Source: Octopus sinensis
Lineage: Eukaryota
Length of the DNA: 11,868 bases
Reading direction: 5' to 3'
Assembly: GCF_006345805.1 (NCBI RefSeq)
Contig: NW_021826871.1
Coordinates: 1-11,868 of the forward strand
Shown piece after piece: positions 8,589 through 11,868 of this stretch. A model generated the notes under the pieces. It made no database searches. It was given only the letters and a program-made list of their open reading frames with translations, and had not been told where the DNA came from. Each line of letters begins with the position of its first letter. The first letter of the stretch is position 1. Position numbers and translations under genes: made by a program.

Positions 8589-8776
8589 GATAGATCGTTA
8601 GCCACTACACACAATTTTTTCTCTCCTTGTTTTTCTCCTTGTTTTTTCTGTATCCCTTTCTGTAGAAGAGCGTAGGCTCGAAACGTAAAAGACTTTTTCT
8701 ATTCCTGAGCGTTATACTAATACATCTGTTTGTTTTGTACACCACCTGTCTTCGTCTTTTGTTTTTTTTTTGCAAA

Positions 8777-8778
<2 letters not shown>
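8589..8778 (+). mobile_element. Penelope-like element terminal (pseudo-LTR) fragment with a minimal hammerhead motif
   Basis: CTG(T)AGA-A-hairpin-GAAACGT architecture typical of PLE termini. T-rich tail ending in (CT)n(TA)n. I recall this as an abundant octopus repeat. Confidence 0.7.
8656..8691 (+). ncRNA. Minimal type I hammerhead-like motif with a variant core (CUGUAGA)
   Basis: Stem I: CTTT 8656-8659 / AAAG 8688-8691. CTGTAGA 8660-8666, extra A at 8667. Stem II: GAGC-GTAG-GCTC 8668-8679. GAAA 8680-8683. Palindromic ACGT 8683-8686. GUA triplet. Confidence 0.6.
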
Positions 8779-8812
<34 letters not shown>

Positions 8813-9053
8813 TATATTTAATTAGAGATAAAACCACTATTAGGCAAATCAAACAATGAAAAACATAAGCCAATGCATAAAATTAATTAATTTATATTAT
8901 CTTAAATATATATCAAAAGTATTAAAAGTTTAATAAAAGATAAAGCGTAAACAACTACGATCGTTTCATGGCTGTACAATTCGTAATAATTCGAGTTATG
9001 GTTACAGTCAATCTGATTTTTCCCTGTAAGTTTGGATTTATTCCCTAATATTT

Positions 9054-9101
<48 letters not shown>

Positions 9102-9589
9102 GCACACACATACACATCAGTAGGTTAAACTTCTCGAACTGCCATTATGTAATTTCCTTCGCTATCTATTCAAATAATACAGTCGTTTGAATAATCGGAA
9201 TCGTGGCACTCAAACAAAAAAGAACAAAAGAAAATAAAATAGAATTTAGATGAAATGTGGATTCAAAATGTTTCAGCTTGTGATACCATACACGAAATCT
9301 ACATCATGCATCGAATGATTATATATACTGCGATCAACGTCTGTCTTCAAATATTTTCAACATTACCCTTACACTCACACACACAGGCCTACATACACGT
9401 TTATATATTATGTGTGTATGTGTGTTTGCGTGTGTATGTGTGTGTATGCATGTATGTATGTTTATTTGTATGTTTATGAGGTTATACTTTTTCTCGTATC
9501 CCATTATAAATTGGAATTTTTTGAGATGCCGTTCTCCTTTTCGATATCCGTTCTTGTTATTCCCTATTCTTATAATCATGTCTTCTTTT

Positions 9590-9643
9590 TATCATCATCA
9601 CCGCCGCCGCCACGACCATCATCAGCAACATCATCATCACTTA

Positions 9644-9691
<48 letters not shown>

Positions 9692-9926
9692 GGAAAGAAG
9701 TAATTGTAGTAGTTGCTGTTGTAGAAGTAGTAGTACTAGAATTAGTAGTAGTAGTGGTAGTAGTAGTAGTAAGTAGTAATAGTTGTAGTAGTAGCAGTAG
9801 TAGTTGATTTTGTTGTAGTGGCGCTACTATTAGAGGTGCTAGTATTAATATTATCATTATCATCATTACTATTATTAATATTGTTTACTGTTTTTATTAG
9901 TATTGTTGTTGCAATTATAATTATTA

Positions 9927-9978
<52 letters not shown>

Positions 9979-10050
9979 CCCCATCATCCTCATCATCATC
10001 ATCAGCAGCATGCTTGTTATTACAGTCATTATTATTATTATTATTATTAT
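9590..10050. repeat. Compound trinucleotide microsatellite (CAT/CCG, TAG, ATT)
   Basis: Directly visible. Source of the poly-V/I/T/H ORFs. Confidence 0.95.
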
Positions 10051-10149
10051 ATGTTTGACTTTTGCTTTATATTTGTACAAGTTGGCTCCAAGTCTCACCC
10101 GGAGACCCCAAGAGACAACAGGTTGGAAGTTCACGTTGTTGTTATGCCT
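10051..10149 (-). mobile_element. Last ~100 nt (3' UTR) of a LINE, probably R4/Dong-like, inserted in (TAA)n
   Basis: Minus strand AGGCATAACAACAACGTGAACTTCCAACCTGTTGTCTCTTGGGGTCTCCGGGTGAGACTTGGAGCCAACTTGTACAAATATAAAGCAAAAGTCAAACAT followed by (AAT)n. Matches an octopus LINE 3' end as I recall it. (TAA)n on both sides. The clade assignment is inference. Confidence 0.55.
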
Positions 10150-10181
10150 TATTATTATTATTATTAATATTATTATTATTA

Positions 10182-10216
<35 letters not shown>

Positions 10217-10721
10217 GAGTGAGAGAGCAGTGCATGCCACCAAAGTGACACTGGGATAAAATATACGAAGCCCAGTATACCCATCATGACTACCCGTCTG
10301 ATAAGGGTACACCAGGCACATGCATCACAACCATGTGTGCACGACATAGTGATCTCATATCAAGATAAACAGCGCATGACCTTGCAGGTGGGGCCCAGTT
10401 AGAATTTTCTTCTGGTCGAGTAACCCATCCCGCTCAAAAGGTCCGTGAATAAGGGTTGTTTAAGGATGTTGAAAGAACCACCCATGTTTCCAGAGGTGAA
10501 TTATTCAAACCCCAAAGAATCCCTCTCAACACATGGCTATGATGCTCCCCCACTACTTCTGCTTGTGATCAGAGATGCATATATCGTCAGCCACTAAGGG
10601 ACATGCTCTACTGGTTAAGGTCAAACAACTGACAAGCAAATCTGTGGTATTGAGCAAAATACTTGCTGTAGCCCATCTGTTATACCAAGACAAAACAATG
10701 TACATGATAACACTTCAATAC
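10217..10721 (-). mobile_element. ~505-bp non-coding interspersed repeat (non-autonomous retroelement) with a (TAA)n 3' tail
   Basis: GC-richer unique block inside (ATT)n arrays, beginning GAGTGAGAGAGCAGTGCATGCC. I recall it as an abundant octopus repeat found next to (ATT)n. No ORF with recognisable homology. Strand inferred from the tail position. Confidence 0.7.
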
Positions 10722-10799
10722 CATCATCATCATCATCATTCTTATATTATTATCATCCTCATCATCATCATCAGCAGCAGCATGCTTGTTATTACAGTC

Positions 10800-10969
10800 A
10801 TTATTATTATGATTATTATTATTGTAATTATAATTATTATTATTAATTATTATTATTATTGTAATTATTATTATTATTATTAATTATTATTATTGTAATT
10901 ATTATTATTATTATTATTATTATCATTATTATTTTTTTTTTTTTTTATTTTATTATTATTATTTTATCA

Positions 10970-11015
<46 letters not shown>

Positions 11016-11040
11016 CATCATCATTATTATTATTATTATT
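10800..11040. repeat. (ATT)n microsatellite
   Basis: Directly visible. Confidence 0.95.
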
Positions 11041-11109
11041 TTGATGCTGGTGTCAGATTTTTACGTTTCGAAATATCTGATTGTCATGTGTCTTAGTTTT
11101 TTTCTTTTA

Positions 11110-11110
<1 letters not shown>

Positions 11111-11161
<51 letters not shown>

Positions 11162-11174
11162 CTTCCTCTCTCTC
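11111..11174. repeat. (CT)n polypyrimidine microsatellite
   Basis: Directly visible. Confidence 0.95.
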
Positions 11175-11183
11175 ATTTTACAG

Positions 11184-11281
11184 ACAAGTCATTCAGTACA
11201 TTCTCTGTAAATAACTTGTTGCACCCAGATTGGAAATCATTGTATTTACATATATTCAGAAATTCTCCACTGCAGACATGA
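11184..11281 (+). CDS. Candidate terminal coding exon of an unidentified gene
   Basis: Strong acceptor ((CT)n...CATTTTACAG at 11174-11183). The phase-1 frame stays open as xKSFSTFSVNNLLHPDWKSLYLHIFRNSPLQT and ends in TGA TAA, while the other two frames close quickly. No homology recognised. Confidence 0.2.
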
Positions 11282-11414
11282 TAAGCTTCTGAGAGTGAAT
11301 TTTCTTACGAGAAAGAATAGACCAGAATATATCTTTAAAAAATATTGCTTTAAAACAATACGTCACGTATTTGAATATGTATCCTATTTCATTGTATTAG
11401 ATACCACGTTAAGT

Positions 11415-11444
11415 ATATTATTGTTATTATTGTTATTATTATTA

Positions 11445-11490
<46 letters not shown>

Positions 11491-11526
11491 CATTATTATT
11501 ATTATTATTATCATTATTATTATTAC

Positions 11527-11560
<34 letters not shown>

Positions 11561-11578
11561 TCATTACTGTTATTGTTG

Positions 11579-11616
<38 letters not shown>

Positions 11617-11646
11617 GTTATTATTATTTCATTACTGTTGTTGTTG

Positions 11647-11678
<32 letters not shown>

Positions 11679-11735
11679 GTTATTATTATTATTATTATTA
11701 TTTCATTACTGTTATTGTTATTATTTTTATTATCA
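11415..11735. repeat. (ATT)n/(GTT)n microsatellite
   Basis: Directly visible. Source of the poly-L/I/Y ORFs. Confidence 0.95.
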
Positions 11736-11868
11736 GTCATATGGTTATTAAGGGTATTCTTATTCTTATTGATGTTGCTTGCTTGTATTATAGTTATTTG
11801 AAATATTTTTTTAGGATCATGATTTCGGAATAATTTCAACAGATACTCAAAGAGGAACACGTGAAACA

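Larger units (their letters stand above)
9983..10810 (+). repeat. 56/59-bp direct repeat pair (9983-10038 and 10752-10810), putative target-site duplication
   Basis: ATCATCCTCATCATCATCATCAGCAGC(AGC)ATGCTTGTTATTACAGTCATTATTATTAT. The copies are identical except for one CAG unit and bracket two retroelement pieces. Confidence 0.75.

Noticed and set aside
10560-10595. Minus-strand CTGACGA inside the 505-bp element
   Set aside because: No downstream GAAA or hammerhead helices.
118-11860. Most ORFs in the supplied six-frame track (YIYIYI, poly-I/L/V/T/Y)
   Set aside because: They are translations of microsatellites or antisense readings of SINEs, with no domain content.
1-11868. CRISPR array, tRNA or rRNA genes
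   Set aside because: No repeat-spacer periodicity. The tRNA-like boxes belong to SINE heads and do not form a cloverleaf.

Overview
AT-rich eukaryotic window with many microsatellites. The SINE and LINE-tail families look like those of a coleoid cephalopod (Octopus); this is from my recollection, not a database search. Nearly all ORFs in the supplied track are translations of (TA)n, (CA)n, (ATT)n or (TAG)n tracts, and no protein-coding gene can be firmly supported, so the window is probably intronic or intergenic. Recognisable content: tRNA-derived SINEs, a decayed RTE-clade LINE RT fragment, two retroelement pieces nested in (TAA)n and bracketed by a 56/59-bp direct repeat, and a foldback structure at 1491-2438. 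The main result is four type I hammerhead ribozyme (HHR) motifs from three sequence families. Three have intact cores: 1089-1198 (+), 1630-1687 (-) and 2141-2197 (+). One is minimal with a variant core: 8656-8691 (+). All four have a palindromic stem III and lie in short ORF-less units that end in (TA)n. This suggests non-autonomous ribozyme-bearing retroelements (Penelope pseudo-LTRs or retrozyme-like units). One of them is arranged like a MITE, with ~173-bp terminal inverted repeats.
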